Source: an uncultured Bacilli bacterium (lineage in GTDB: Bacteria; Bacillota_I; Bacilli_A; RF39; UBA660). Taken from it: a stretch of 64,000 nucleotides of DNA. Positions 9,525 to 19,923 of this stretch are shown here, in pieces; position 1 is the first letter of the stretch, and each line of letters begins with the position of its first letter. A model generated the notes under the pieces. That model did not search any database, was not told the origin of the DNA, and was given only the letters and a program-made list of their open reading frames with translations. The position numbers were made by a program, and so were the translations under genes. Where the stretch lies: positions 40,905 through 104,904 of the forward strand of contig CAKOTU010000002.1 in assembly GCA_934120265.1 (NCBI GenBank), given 5' to 3'.

Positions 9525-10217
9525 ATGAAAAAGATACTCATTCTAATACTACTATTTTTTATTACAGGATGTAGTAGTAAATTAAATATCAATAACGAAA
9601 TAAACAGTATTAAATATAACGATAATAATATTTACTATCAAGATTATGATACTATTATAAATGATTTAAATAGTATAAAGTGGAATTGTGATAGAAAAGA
9701 TAATAATTATAATGAATCTAATTTAATAATAAATACTAAAGATAGTATTATGAATTTTTACTTTTCTAATAACTATTATATGGAATATAAAAATAATAAT
9801 AAGTACTGCTACACAAAAAATAAAAAAGTTGTTAAAAAGATTAAAGATACCTTAGACAATTTAATTAATAAATATAAAAATACTGATTTTATAAAGTTAG
9901 AATTAATTGATAATTTTGATTATGAAGAAAATGATACGATTATAAAGCTAGATAAAAGTGATAGTTACTTAGTCTTAGATATACTTGATGATGTTTACAA
10001 TTTTAAAATACATCAAATAGAAAGAAATAATGATGCAATTCAAGAGATAGATTTGGTATATGATAACGAACTTATAAATAAGAAAATACTTATTAGAATT
10101 GATAAAAAGAATATAAGTAATTATAAAATCAATTTTAAAAATAAGTATAATTATGATTTTGAAATATTTTTAAATTACAATGAAAATATATTTTCATACG
10201 AAATTAAACAAAAATAA
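9525..10217 (+). CDS. Lipoprotein of unknown function (N/K/Y-rich)
   Basis: Signal peptide plus lipobox MKKILILILLFFITGC. 230 aa, low-complexity. Immediately downstream of the cotJ operon. Confidence 0.5.
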   Translation: MKKILILILLFFITGCSSKLNINNEINSIKYNDNNIYYQDYDTIINDLNSIKWNCDRKDNNYNESNLIINTKDSIMNFYFSNNYYMEYKNNNKYCYTKNKKVVKKIKDTLDNLINKYKNTDFIKLELIDNFDYEENDTIIKLDKSDSYLVLDILDDVYNFKIHQIERNNDAIQEIDLVYDNELINKKILIRIDKKNISNYKINFKNKYNYDFEIFLNYNENIFSYEIKQK

Positions 10218-10218
10218 A

Positions 10219-10240
10219 AAACTCCTAAGAGTTTTTATGC
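10219..10240. terminator. Hairpin aaactc-ttag-gagttt between convergent genes
   Basis: aaaaactcctaagagttttt, a 6-bp stem flanked by A/T runs, between the lipoprotein gene (+) and the Zn-ribbon gene (-). Confidence 0.4.
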
Positions 10241-10420
10241 GTTTTGACGATTGCTAGAATGATTTTGTTCTTCTTGTCTTCTAGCTTTTTTTGCAGCGCG
10301 GCATTCCTTACATCTTACTGGTTCGTTAGTAAATCCCATTTCTTTATAAAATTCTTGATCTCTAACTGTAAAAGTAAATTCTTTACCACAATCTTTGCAA
10401 ACAATAACTTTATCTTGCAT
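10235..10420 (-). CDS. Small zinc-ribbon protein (two CxxC pairs)
   Basis: 61 aa. CKDCGKEF...CKECRAAK followed by a basic tail. RBS aggaggac upstream. Confidence 0.5.
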   Translation of the reverse strand: MQDKVIVCKDCGKEFTFTVRDQEFYKEMGFTNEPVRCKECRAAKKARRQEEQNHSSNRQNA

Positions 10421-10475
10421 TTAAGTCCTCCTCTTTAGATTTGATTTAAAATTATTATATTGTTTCTCTAAAAAG

Positions 10476-10510
10476 GTTGACAAAATAACTCATAAATCAA
10501 ATATACTATA
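10476..10510 (+). promoter_or_regulatory. Sigma-A-like promoter candidate upstream of ddl
   Basis: TTGACA at 10476-10481 followed ~17-19 nt later by a tatact/aatata -10-like hexamer. About 100 nt upstream of the ddl ATG. Confidence 0.3.
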
Positions 10511-10611
10511 CCACATAAATATGTTTTCCACAATAAAAATATTCTTTATTTTTTTATAGTTTACACTTTCACATTCTTAGGCTAATTACATATACTTTAT
10601 AGAGGTGTAAT

Positions 10612-11592
10612 ATGAAAAAAGTATTAGTTTTATGTGGAGGAAACTCTAGCGAACACAATGTTTCTTTAATATCAGCTAAATCAATATTAGATAACATTGA
10701 TAATAATTTATTTCAAGTATCAACTGTAGTTATTGACTATGACAATAAATGGTATGAATATGGTGGAAAAGTGGATTGTTTAAGCGATTGGAAACATCAA
10801 GAATATCAATATATAGATAATATTGTGGATTACTTAAAAATGTTTGATGTAATTTTTCCAATCACTCATGGGACAAATGGTGAAGATGGAAAGTTACAAG
10901 GAATGCTTGATTTATTTGATATAAAGTATGTTGGCTGTAAAACAAGCAGTAGTGCTATATGTATGGATAAAGATTTTTCAAAGATGATTTTTTCTTATTT
11001 AGGTATTCCTCAAATACCATTTATAACTATATCAAACCAAAAATTTAAAATTCATGACATAATAAAAAAACTAGGTCTCCCACTTATTGTAAAACCTGCT
11101 AATGGTGGATCATCTATCGGCATTAATAAAGCCAATAATAAAAGAGAATTAAAAAAAGCTATCATTGAAGCTTTTAAATACGATGAAAAAATTGTAATTG
11201 AAAAATTTATTAAAGCACGTGAACTAGAATGTGGAATATTAGAAGATAAAGATTTTTATATATCTGAAGTTGGTGAAATAACATCCGCAAACGAATTTTA
11301 TGATTATAACGCTAAATATGAAAATAAAAAATCATATACAACCATTCCTGCAAATTTAAAAAAAGAAGTTAAAGATAAAATTTTTAAATATTCTAAAACT
11401 GCTTTTGACGGAATCAACGGTAAAGGTTTTGCAAGAATAGATTTTTTATATGATGAGGATAATGAACAATTATATTTAAATGAGATAAATACTTTGCCAG
11501 GATTCACTGAAATTAGTATGTATCCAAAATTATTTATTTATAGTGGTATTGAATATAAAGATTTAATTACAAAATTAATAAATAACTGTTAA
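10612..11592 (+). CDS. ddl: D-alanine--D-alanine ligase
   Basis: N-terminus KVLVLCGGNSSEHNVSLISAKS and full-length ATP-grasp Ddl architecture (GxxGEDG, C-terminal NTxPGFT). Confidence 0.85.
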   Translation: MKKVLVLCGGNSSEHNVSLISAKSILDNIDNNLFQVSTVVIDYDNKWYEYGGKVDCLSDWKHQEYQYIDNIVDYLKMFDVIFPITHGTNGEDGKLQGMLDLFDIKYVGCKTSSSAICMDKDFSKMIFSYLGIPQIPFITISNQKFKIHDIIKKLGLPLIVKPANGGSSIGINKANNKRELKKAIIEAFKYDEKIVIEKFIKARELECGILEDKDFYISEVGEITSANEFYDYNAKYENKKSYTTIPANLKKEVKDKIFKYSKTAFDGINGKGFARIDFLYDEDNEQLYLNEINTLPGFTEISMYPKLFIYSGIEYKDLITKLINNC

Positions 11593-11696
11593 ATCAATAT
11601 ATTTTACGATTTTATTACTTTTTATCATTAATAAATATAGCGTTTAAAAGAGACTTTTTACAAGTGTTTAATAAAAATGTAAAGCAATTTGACATC

Positions 11697-11888
11697 TTAC
11701 AAGAAAATATCATCTGGTTTTTTATTAAATATAGCAGCTATCTTTATAGCAAAATCATAATATAGTCTTCTCTTCTTATTTTCAATTTGAGAATAATAAG
11801 AAGATGATATTCCTAGTTTGCTAGCCATTTCATATATTGTAAAATTATTTTCTTTTCTTAATCTCTTTAGAGTATCTGTATTATACAT
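11697..11888 (-). CDS. Small XRE-family HTH protein
   Basis: 63 aa. NFTIYEMASKLGISSSYYSQIENKKR is an HTH_XRE signature. Divergent from a second XRE gene. Confidence 0.55.
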   Translation of the reverse strand: MYNTDTLKRLRKENNFTIYEMASKLGISSSYYSQIENKKRRLYYDFAIKIAAIFNKKPDDIFL

Positions 11889-11976
11889 TTAATCACCAAT
11901 TTCATTATACATTTTCATGGACTATTTGTCTATGTATTAAAAATAATTTCTATGAGAAAATAAATATGGTGGTAGT

Positions 11977-12249
11977 ATGACAAATAGCAAACAAGAGAAC
12001 ATTTATAATAAAATAGGTAAAAATATTAAAAAGTATCGATTAGAAAAAGGAATGACTCAAAGAGAGTTAGCAGATGCCTTACTTCTAAGTGAAAGTTTTA
12101 TAGCAAAGTTAGAATCTGTTACTTATCAATCAATATCAATTGATACATTAGAACAGATAGCTAAAGCTCTAGATACTAATATAACCAATTTCTTTAATGA
12201 AGATGAAATAAAAGAAACTAAGAATAAAGATTTACAATCAATTTCTTAG
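11977..12249 (+). CDS. XRE-family HTH transcriptional regulator
   Basis: 90 aa. KKYRLEKGMTQRELADALLLSESFIAKLES is an HTH_XRE signature. RBS ggtggtag. Confidence 0.6.
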   Translation: MTNSKQENIYNKIGKNIKKYRLEKGMTQRELADALLLSESFIAKLESVTYQSISIDTLEQIAKALDTNITNFFNEDEIKETKNKDLQSIS

Positions 12250-12258
12250 TTTCTTTTT

Positions 12259-14070
12259 TTATTTTCTACTATCAAATTTTTTTCTTTGTTCAGTATTTAA
12301 AATTTTCTTTCTTAAACGATAATTAAGAGGTGTAACTTCTACTAATTCATCACTATTAATATAATCTAAACTTTCCTCTAAACTCATATTACGAGGTCTA
12401 TTTAAAACAACAGTATGATCACTACCAGAAGCTCTAGTATTTGTTAATTTTTTACCTTTTACAACGTTAACTGCAAGATCATTTTCATGATTATGTTCCC
12501 CAACAATCATACCTTCATAAACATCTGCACCAGGTTCAATAAACATCACTCCACGGTCTTCTAATTGGCCTAAAGCGTAAGCTGTAGCTTTTCCGTTTTC
12601 CATAGAAACTAGAACACCAGCTTTTCTTTCTCCTACTTTGCTACTAGCCATCTTACGATATTCTAAATATGAATGATTTAACATACCATAACCTTTAGTC
12701 ATAGTCATGAAATCAGTAGTAAATCCTATTAAACCACGTGATGGCATAACATAATGGATTTTTACTTGCCCATCTGCTTGTGTCATATTAACAAGTTCTG
12801 CTTCACGGTTACCCAAAGCTTCTATTACACTACCCATATATTCTTCAGGCATGTCAATTTGAACTTCCTCATAAGGTTCACATTTAACGCCATCTATTTC
12901 TTTAACAATTACTTCTGGTTTTGATACTTGAAGTTCAAAACCTTCACGACGCATATTTTCTATTAAAATTGATAAATGTAATTCTCCACGTCCTGAAACA
13001 ATAAATGATTCAGAATCATTAGGTGCAACTTTTAAAGAAACGTCTCTTTCTGTTTCTTTTCTTAGTCTTTCAGCAATCTTACTAGCTGTTAATAATTTAC
13101 CATCTCTGCCACAGAATGGAGAAGTGTTTACTCCAAATGTCATTTGTAAAGTTGGTTCATCAATTCTTAAGTGAGGAAGCGCTTCTTCTTTTCCTACTGT
13201 ACAAACTGTTTCACCAACACTAATATCTGGAAGTCCAGCTATAGCAATTATATCCCCAGCACTAGCTTCTGTTATTTCAATTCTTTTTAGTCCTAGATAA
13301 CCAAACATTTTTTGAATTCTAAATTGTTTAATGCTCCCGTCTAATCTAACGCAGGAAACCATTTCATTTACTTTAACAGAACCACGTTTAACACGTCCAA
13401 TACCAATTCTTCCAACGAAATCATTGTAATCAAGTAAGGCAGGTTGAAATTGGAATCCACCTTCTACGTCTACATCTGGTTCTGGAATATATTTAATTAT
13501 TGCATCTAGAATAGGATCCATAGTATGTTCTTGAGTATCTAATTCTGGACTTAAACTTGATGTTCCAGCTAAACCTGAAGCATAAATGACAGGGAATTCT
13601 AATTGATCAACATCAGCACCTAATTCAATAAACAAATCTAACACTTCATCTACTACTTCAGTAGGACGAGCTGCAGATTTATCTATTTTATTAACAACAA
13701 CAATAGGTGTTACCCCTGCTTCTAAGGCCTTTTTTAAAACAAATCTAGTTTGAGGCATAGTTCCTTCATATGCATCTACAACAAGAAGCACACCATCAAC
13801 CATGTTCATAATACGTTCTACTTCTCCACCAAAGTCAGCATGTCCTGGAGTATCTAAAATGTTAATTCTATAATCTTTGTAATTAATAGCAGTTGTCTTT
13901 GATAAGATGGTAATACCACGTTCACGTTCAATGGCATTTGAATCCATTACACAATCTACTACTTCTTCATTTTCTCTAAAAGTTCCTGACATTTGTAATA
14001 ATTTATCTACCAATGTTGTCTTTCCATGGTCAACATGGGCAATTATTGCAATATTTCTTATTTTTTTCAT
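12259..14070 (-). CDS. typA: Translational GTPase TypA/BipA
   Basis: [38 protein letters not shown] motifs. 603 aa, EF-G-like domains. Confidence 0.9.
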   Translation of the reverse strand: MKKIRNIAIIAHVDHGKTTLVDKLLQMSGTFRENEEVVDCVMDSNAIERERGITILSKTTAINYKDYRINILDTPGHADFGGEVERIMNMVDGVLLVVDAYEGTMPQTRFVLKKALEAGVTPIVVVNKIDKSAARPTEVVDEVLDLFIELGADVDQLEFPVIYASGLAGTSSLSPELDTQEHTMDPILDAIIKYIPEPDVDVEGGFQFQPALLDYNDFVGRIGIGRVKRGSVKVNEMVSCVRLDGSIKQFRIQKMFGYLGLKRIEITEASAGDIIAIAGLPDISVGETVCTVGKEEALPHLRIDEPTLQMTFGVNTSPFCGRDGKLLTASKIAERLRKETERDVSLKVAPNDSESFIVSGRGELHLSILIENMRREGFELQVSKPEVIVKEIDGVKCEPYEEVQIDMPEEYMGSVIEALGNREAELVNMTQADGQVKIHYVMPSRGLIGFTTDFMTMTKGYGMLNHSYLEYRKMASSKVGERKAGVLVSMENGKATAYALGQLEDRGVMFIEPGADVYEGMIVGEHNHENDLAVNVVKGKKLTNTRASGSDHTVVLNRPRNMSLEESLDYINSDELVEVTPLNYRLRKKILNTEQRKKFDSRK

Positions 14071-14178
14071 ACTATCATCTCTCCAACCGCTGTATTATAT
14101 CACACTTTTATTATTTATGTAAAGTTTTTTACCCTAGCATATTTTAATTTTTTATTATAAAATAAGATAGGTGGTAGT

Positions 14179-14781
14179 ATGAAAAAGATATTAGTATTAT
14201 GTTTTAGTTTTTTTATAGGAATGAATATCTGCTTAGCTAGTGATAAAATCGAAGTAACTTTTGCCAGTTGTGTAGATGGTGATACAGCTAAAGTTAATTT
14301 AAATGGAGAAACAATTAAAATTAGATTTCTTGCTATTGATACTCCTGAGACTAAACATCCTACAAAGGGCGTTGAACCTTTTGGTAAAGAAGCTAGCGAA
14401 TATACTTGTTCTAAACTTACAAATGCAAAAAAGATAGAAATTGAATATGATGAAAATAGTGATAAAAAGGATAAGTATGATCGTGATTTGGTTTGGGTTT
14501 GGGTTGACGATTACCTACTTCAAGACGAATTAATAAAAGAAGGGTTTGCTGAAGTCGCATATCTCTATGGAGATTATAAATATACAGGAACTTTAGAAGA
14601 TCATCAAAGTATCAGCAAAGCTAATAAAGTTGGAATTTGGGGAGATTATAGGGAAGAACCTAAAAATTATTTAATGATAGGGCTTACAGTGTTAGGGGCT
14701 GGAGTTTTACTTTTTACTGGAAAACTTACTAAGTCCAAAGCAAAAAAAATAAAAAAACAATTAAAAAAATATGGTGCATAG
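14179..14781 (+). CDS. Thermonuclease (staphylococcal nuclease-like) with lipoprotein signal and C-terminal hydrophobic anchor
   Basis: SNase motifs (IRFLAIDTPETKHP, DRDLVWVWV). N-terminal signal ending ICLASD (lipobox-like LASC absent, so a Sec signal). C-terminal hydrophobic segment plus a K-rich tail. Confidence 0.75.
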   Translation: MKKILVLCFSFFIGMNICLASDKIEVTFASCVDGDTAKVNLNGETIKIRFLAIDTPETKHPTKGVEPFGKEASEYTCSKLTNAKKIEIEYDENSDKKDKYDRDLVWVWVDDYLLQDELIKEGFAEVAYLYGDYKYTGTLEDHQSISKANKVGIWGDYREEPKNYLMIGLTVLGAGVLLFTGKLTKSKAKKIKKQLKKYGA

Positions 14782-14791
14782 CCATATTTTT

Positions 14792-15514
14792 TTATTCTAA
14801 TATTACTAGTGGTTCTATATCATTATTTTTTTCATAAACAGTAACCTTTTCATTGTTATCCAAGGTTGCTAATAAAATATTTTCAAATGTCTTATAACCC
14901 TTTATTTTTAATTCTTGGACTAACCATTTTTTATCTTTATTCATATTTTTTAAATTTGTATACATTATTTTTCCATCAATAATTACGTTGGCGCACAACC
15001 CTTGCTTTTCTGGTTTTATATTCATGTCCTTAATAGTCACGGGAAGATTTTCTCCTTTAGGAAGAATACTAAGTTTACCATTTGCCTCCATTAAAGCGTA
15101 TTCTATTTGACTTATATCAAAATAGCCATTGCCTCGACATTCTTCTAATAAATCATTAACATCAAACTTAACTCGTTTTAATCCTTTCATAAGTATCTTT
15201 CCTTCTTGAATTAAAACTGTTGGAGTACCTATAAAAAATCTACGCAAGGAAATACTTTTCATAGTAAGAACTGATACCAAATACGCTACTAAACCAAATA
15301 TTAAAACTGCCACAACACCATGTGTATAAGGTAAATCTAAATCAGTTGTCATTTCAGCAGCAAAGTTACCTATCGATATACCTATCACATAATCAAATAA
15401 AGATAGCTGTGACACTTGTTTTTTTCCTAGTAATTTGGTAACTGAAAACAAAGCAATTAAAGAAATTAGTGCTCTTAAAATTACATCTACGATTTCCATC
15501 ATATTAACATTCAT
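14792..15514 (-). CDS. DUF421 (YetF/YdfR-like) membrane protein
   Basis: Two N-terminal TM helices followed by the conserved DUF421 core (LSLFDYVIGISIGNFAAEM, VIIDGKIMYTNLK). Confidence 0.65.
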   Translation of the reverse strand: MNVNMMEIVDVILRALISLIALFSVTKLLGKKQVSQLSLFDYVIGISIGNFAAEMTTDLDLPYTHGVVAVLIFGLVAYLVSVLTMKSISLRRFFIGTPTVLIQEGKILMKGLKRVKFDVNDLLEECRGNGYFDISQIEYALMEANGKLSILPKGENLPVTIKDMNIKPEKQGLCANVIIDGKIMYTNLKNMNKDKKWLVQELKIKGYKTFENILLATLDNNEKVTVYEKNNDIEPLVILE

Positions 15515-15560
15515 TTTATCACCTATTTTATTGTGGAAAAGTTTATATTATTTTATACAA

Positions 15561-15589
15561 AAAATAGATGCTATTAACATCTATTTCTT
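15561..15589. terminator. Bidirectional intrinsic terminator at the 3' end of the tagO-like gene
   Basis: aaatagatg-ctattaa-catctattt (9-bp stem) with T-runs on both sides. Overlaps the tagO-like stop codon. Confidence 0.5.
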
Positions 15590-16642
15590 TTTTACTTTAA
15601 ATAATTTATCTTTTTGTTCGTCATCTAATATCACGTTTGTTTTAGCGACAAATAATACTACCATAACAAGAAGAATGCTATAAATTATATACCCTAGTAT
15701 TCTATCTTTTAAAACATAAACAATTGATGCAAAAGAGAAAAGTAAGTTTACTGCATATATAATTAATACGGTAGTTCTTTGTGAAAAATTACGATTTAAT
15801 AATTGATGATGAATATGAAATTTATCTGGCTTAGAAGGATTTTCTCCTTTTAATAATCTTCTTATAATAGCAAACAATGTATCTAAAATAGGAATTGCTA
15901 ATATTAAAAGTGGTATTATTAACGAAGTCATTGTTACGTTTTTGAATCCTAGTAAAGCAATTACTGCCACTATAAATCCTAAGAACATCGAACCACTTTG
16001 ACCCATGAAAATACTAGCTGGATAAAAGTTATGAACAAGGAATCCTAGAGTTGATCCTAACATTACAAAAGTTAAGACAAAATCTAATCCTGTTGATCCT
16101 TTAATTGTCGTAATAATACCTATTGTTAAAAAGTAAATTGAACTGATACCTGATGCTAGTCCATCTAAACCATCAATTAAATTCATACAATTTATACATC
16201 CTAATATGAAGAATATTGTAAGTGGATAAGACAGAATACTAAAATTGATATATATTCCAAAAGCACTAATATCTTTTAAAACAATATTTCCATAAAATAC
16301 TACTATTAGTGATGCAACTAATTGACCTATAAACTGTGTTGAAGCTTTTAAAGGTTTAATATCATCAACTACACCTGTAAGTACAATTATAAAACTTCCT
16401 ATCAAAATGGAGTTCATTGTTTCACTATGTTGACCAAATATCATATAACCAAATAAGAATCCTAAATAAATTCCTAGCCCTCCAAGTCGAGGCATTGGTT
16501 TTGTATGAACTTTTCTAGCATTTGGAATATCCATTGCGTCAATATGGATTGCTATTTTTTTAATAAACGGTATAAGGAATGCAACTAACAAAAATGTTGA
16601 AATTACCATCATCATTATCTTTATTAATACTTCTTGAGTCAT
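15581..16642 (-). CDS. tagO: Glycosyltransferase family 4 / MraY-like undecaprenyl-phosphate GlcNAc-1-phosphate transferase (TagO/WecA-like)
   Basis: Polytopic membrane protein with MraY/WecA motifs (NLIDGLDGLA, D-D in loops, FMGQSGS). 353 aa. Confidence 0.75.
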   Translation of the reverse strand: MTQEVLIKIMMMVISTFLLVAFLIPFIKKIAIHIDAMDIPNARKVHTKPMPRLGGLGIYLGFLFGYMIFGQHSETMNSILIGSFIIVLTGVVDDIKPLKASTQFIGQLVASLIVVFYGNIVLKDISAFGIYINFSILSYPLTIFFILGCINCMNLIDGLDGLASGISSIYFLTIGIITTIKGSTGLDFVLTFVMLGSTLGFLVHNFYPASIFMGQSGSMFLGFIVAVIALLGFKNVTMTSLIIPLLILAIPILDTLFAIIRRLLKGENPSKPDKFHIHHQLLNRNFSQRTTVLIIYAVNLLFSFASIVYVLKDRILGYIIYSILLVMVVLFVAKTNVILDDEQKDKLFKVKKK

Positions 16643-16726
16643 AAAATCACCTACTTCATTATAACATAATTAATTAATAATATAAAGTAATAAGAAAAAA
16701 AGTGCAATTATTTTACAAGTGCACCA

Positions 16727-17743
16727 TTATCTTATTATTAATTTGTTTATGTTATCTAACATCATCCCTGCACCTTCAACAACACAAGTTAAAGGGCTTT
16801 CAGCAATAAACACTGGCACTTTTAATTCATGTGATAATAAATCACTAAATCCCCTAATTAAAGCACCTCCACCAGTAATAACAATTCCTTTATCAATAAT
16901 ATCGGCCGATAATTCTGGTGGTGTTTTTTCTAAAACACTTTTAGCCGTGTGTATAATTGTATCTATACTATCTTTTAATGCTTCCTCTACTTCTTTAGAA
17001 GTAATAGATATTGTACTAGGTAAACCAGATACCATATCTCTACCTCTAACTTGCATTTTTTCTTTTTCATCAGCCTTGTATACATTACCTATTGTAATCT
17101 TTATTTCTTCAGCTGTTCTATCTCCAATTAGTAATTTATATTTATCTTTTATATATTTTACAATATCTGTATCAAAAGTATTTCCGGCTGTTTTAATTGA
17201 TGCACTAGTAACTATCCCACCTAAAGATAATACTGCAATATCCGTAGTTCCGCCACCAATATCAATAACCATATTTCCTCCAGGTTTTGATATATCAAGT
17301 CCGGCACCTATAGCTGCTACTTTAGGTTCTTCTTCTAAAAATACTCTCTTAGCCCCAGTTCTTTCAGCCGCCTCTTTGATTGCATTCTTTTCAACACCAG
17401 TTATATTTGATGGACAACAAATTAGTATTCGTGGTCTTGTAAATACACTTTTACCATTTATTTTTTTTATAAAATAATTAAGCATTGTTTCTGTTACATC
17501 AAAATCAGCAATTACACCATCTTTCATAGGTCTAATAGCAATTACCGTTCCTGGAGTTCTACCCAACATTTCCCTAGCTTCACTTCCAACAGCTAATGGT
17601 TTCCTTGTTTCAGCATCTAATGCTACAACACTTGGTTCATTTAGGACTATACCTTGTCCTTTAATATATACTAAAACATTAGCTGTTCCTAAATCTATTC
17701 CTATATCTTTTGCAAACATTTGAACATTCACTTTCCTTTTCAA
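16727..17743 (-). CDS. mbl: Rod-shape-determining actin homolog MreB/Mbl
   Basis: DIGIDLGTANVLVY, GGGTTDIAVLS, actin-fold phosphate motifs. Sits immediately downstream of spoIIID, as B. subtilis mbl does. Confidence 0.9.
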   Translation of the reverse strand: MKRKVNVQMFAKDIGIDLGTANVLVYIKGQGIVLNEPSVVALDAETRKPLAVGSEAREMLGRTPGTVIAIRPMKDGVIADFDVTETMLNYFIKKINGKSVFTRPRILICCPSNITGVEKNAIKEAAERTGAKRVFLEEEPKVAAIGAGLDISKPGGNMVIDIGGGTTDIAVLSLGGIVTSASIKTAGNTFDTDIVKYIKDKYKLLIGDRTAEEIKITIGNVYKADEKEKMQVRGRDMVSGLPSTISITSKEVEEALKDSIDTIIHTAKSVLEKTPPELSADIIDKGIVITGGGALIRGFSDLLSHELKVPVFIAESPLTCVVEGAGMMLDNINKLIIR

Positions 17744-17994
17744 CTATTTATATTTAAATATTTTTGTTTTGTCGATTCGCCACCTCTAATATGTCTTATT
17801 TCTGTATGATATTTTAAGATTTTATCCACAATATCAAACTTATCTCTATCTATTTTAAGTAATCTTTCATGTAAATCCTTATGAACAGTACTTTTTGAAA
17901 CTTTAAAAATTTTAGCCAAATCTCTTATAGTATCATGTGTTTCTATAATATAATTGGCTTCCTCTAAAACGCGATTAGAAATATTATTAAACAT
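17740..17994 (-). CDS. spoIIID: Stage III sporulation protein D (mother-cell transcription factor)
   Basis: 84 aa. HTH IRDLAKIFKVSKSTVHKDL. The whole protein aligns to SpoIIID. Conserved spoIIID-mbl synteny. Confidence 0.85.
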   Translation of the reverse strand: MFNNISNRVLEEANYIIETHDTIRDLAKIFKVSKSTVHKDLHERLLKIDRDKFDIVDKILKYHTEIRHIRGGESTKQKYLNINS

Positions 17995-18056
17995 ATTACA
18001 CCCCTTAATAAATTATATAAATTAGAGGTGCTTTTATTCTAAAAAAGAGCTAAGCT

Positions 18057-18686
18057 CTATAATTCAGAAATTTTTTTATCATAGTAATTTTCAGGATTTA
18101 CAATTGATCCTTTTACAATCATTTCAAAATGTAAATGATTTTTTAAATCGTTTTCGATATTACAAGTACCACTAGTTCCAATAATATCGCCTTGTTTAAT
18201 TTCTTGATTCTCTTTTACCTTAACATCACTTAAACTTTGATAAATACTTATAATATCATTACTATGTGTTACTTCTACAATTTTACCTAAGTTTTGATCT
18301 TCTTTAATAGAAGTTACAGTACCATCTAAAATAGAAACTACATCAAATGATGCCTCTCTTCCATAACTGATACCACTATTTTGTAAGTATGTGTTTTCAT
18401 AGTATATTAATGATTTTTCTTGATTTTCAGCTTCGCTTTTATAATCATAATAATTTTTAACTATGCTTACATCGTTAACTAAATAAGGCCTTACAATAGT
18501 ATCTGCAGTGTTAATAACAGGTACATCTTCTTCTATAACTGTCTTATTTACATAATCATCATCTACACCATTAAAACTGTTCGATGGAAACATCCCTTCT
18601 ATTAGATATAATGTTCCTAGTAACATTACAAATCCTAAGGCATATAAACTATACACAACTGCTTTTTTTAATTTTCTTCTTTTCAC
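18057..18686 (-). CDS. spoIIQ: M23/LytM-domain protein in SpoIIQ position (SpoIIQ-like, intact HxH)
   Basis: N-terminal TM anchor plus a C-terminal LytM domain (HSNDIISIYQSL, NHLHFEM). Located immediately upstream of spoIIID as in Bacillus. Intrinsic terminator hairpin agagc-tta-gctct at 18030-18056. Confidence 0.55.
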   Translation of the reverse strand: MKRRKLKKAVVYSLYALGFVMLLGTLYLIEGMFPSNSFNGVDDDYVNKTVIEEDVPVINTADTIVRPYLVNDVSIVKNYYDYKSEAENQEKSLIYYENTYLQNSGISYGREASFDVVSILDGTVTSIKEDQNLGKIVEVTHSNDIISIYQSLSDVKVKENQEIKQGDIIGTSGTCNIENDLKNHLHFEMIVKGSIVNPENYYDKKISEL

Positions 18687-18740
18687 TTTCTCACCTCATT
18701 TTAAGTTTGGACAGAAAGTGATTTATTTATACTAATTTTT

Positions 18741-19655
18741 TTAAATTTTTTCAATTTGAATATTTTGATAATAATATTTTAATATTTCATCATATTTATA
18801 ACCTTTTTTTGCCATTGCTAAAGCTCCATATTGACTCATTCCTACTCCATGGCCATATCCTTTAGTATTGATAACAACGTTACTGCCAATTTGATTTATT
18901 TCAAAAAAAGTTGAACGTAAATTTAAATTTTTATATACCTCACTACCCGTAAATTTTTTATTATTTATTTTAATATTCTTTATTCTACCGGTACTAGTAG
19001 TATTTAAAACTTCTACTTTAATTTTATCAGAATATTTTAAATTTAAGCGTTCATAAAATTCCTGCAAACTGTATTCTTTTGAATCGTTAAATACAGGAGA
19101 TACTTCTTCATCCCATGTTGAATCTACACTTCTAAGATATGGCAGAGCTTGTTTAAAAACATCTTCACTATTTTCTGTCTTTCCTACACTTGTAGAAAAA
19201 AAGAAAGCTTCTATTACTTTTCCATTATAAGATAAGTATTCACCTTTAGTTTCTAATACCGCTGTTTTTACTTTATTAATTCGTTCCTGATATTTATCTT
19301 TCCATTTATCTTGTAGTTCTTGATCGCTAATATATACTTGATTTTGAACTGTATCTACAATATCATAATCTTCATTTTTATTATCACTCATTTTTTTCAT
19401 TACATAAGTTCTTGCTGCTACAGCTTGGGCTTTTAGTGCTTCTAATTCAAAATTTACTGGCATTTCCCCTGCTAATACACCAACAACATAATCTTCAAAA
19501 GGAACCACTTCTACTGTGTTAGTTTCTTCTCTTTTTACTCTAACATTCATTCCTTCAGTATAGTAAAATTTTATATCATCAGTCTTGATAAATAAACTTA
19601 CGATAATATAAGGAATGAAAATAATAATTAAAATGACTAAGATAATTTTTTTCAT
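18741..19655 (-). CDS. spoIID: Stage II sporulation protein D (lytic transglycosylase, SpoIID/LytB family)
   Basis: SpoIID signature (EDYVVGVLAGEMP, EALKAQAVAARTY, HGVGMSQYGA). N-terminal TM anchor. Confidence 0.85.
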   Translation of the reverse strand: MKKIILVILIIIFIPYIIVSLFIKTDDIKFYYTEGMNVRVKREETNTVEVVPFEDYVVGVLAGEMPVNFELEALKAQAVAARTYVMKKMSDNKNEDYDIVDTVQNQVYISDQELQDKWKDKYQERINKVKTAVLETKGEYLSYNGKVIEAFFFSTSVGKTENSEDVFKQALPYLRSVDSTWDEEVSPVFNDSKEYSLQEFYERLNLKYSDKIKVEVLNTTSTGRIKNIKINNKKFTGSEVYKNLNLRSTFFEINQIGSNVVINTKGYGHGVGMSQYGALAMAKKGYKYDEILKYYYQNIQIEKI

Positions 19656-19728
19656 AATATACCTTCTTTTTTTTATTATATGTTATATTATGAACATTTT
19701 TTGTCAAAAAAAAGCTAAAATATTTAGC

Positions 19729-19923
19729 TTATATAAATTTTGAAAAAAGAAAGAAATCATATAAAAAGTTTACTACTAAATATGCTAGAGCCATAGAAGC
19801 AAACAGATATAAAACTCTAGCTTGATAATATCTATTTTTTTTAAATAAATTAGTTATATTAATACTATCTAAAGCCCAAATAGACAAAATGACTGTAATT
19901 ATATAAAGAATTGTTTTAAGCAT
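19729..19923 (-). CDS. Small hydrophobic ORF (possible two-TM membrane peptide)
   Basis: 64 aa, two hydrophobic stretches. Overlaps the rpiB start by 8 nt. No homology signal. Confidence 0.3.
   Translation of the reverse strand: MLKTILYIITVILSIWALDSINITNLFKKNRYYQARVLYLFASMALAYLVVNFLYDFFLFSKFI

Noticed and set aside
16719-17477. 252-aa ORF on the + strand
   Set aside because: Lies entirely antisense within the highly conserved mreB/mbl gene. It is low-complexity S/I/P-rich, a typical shadow ORF of an AT-rich genome.
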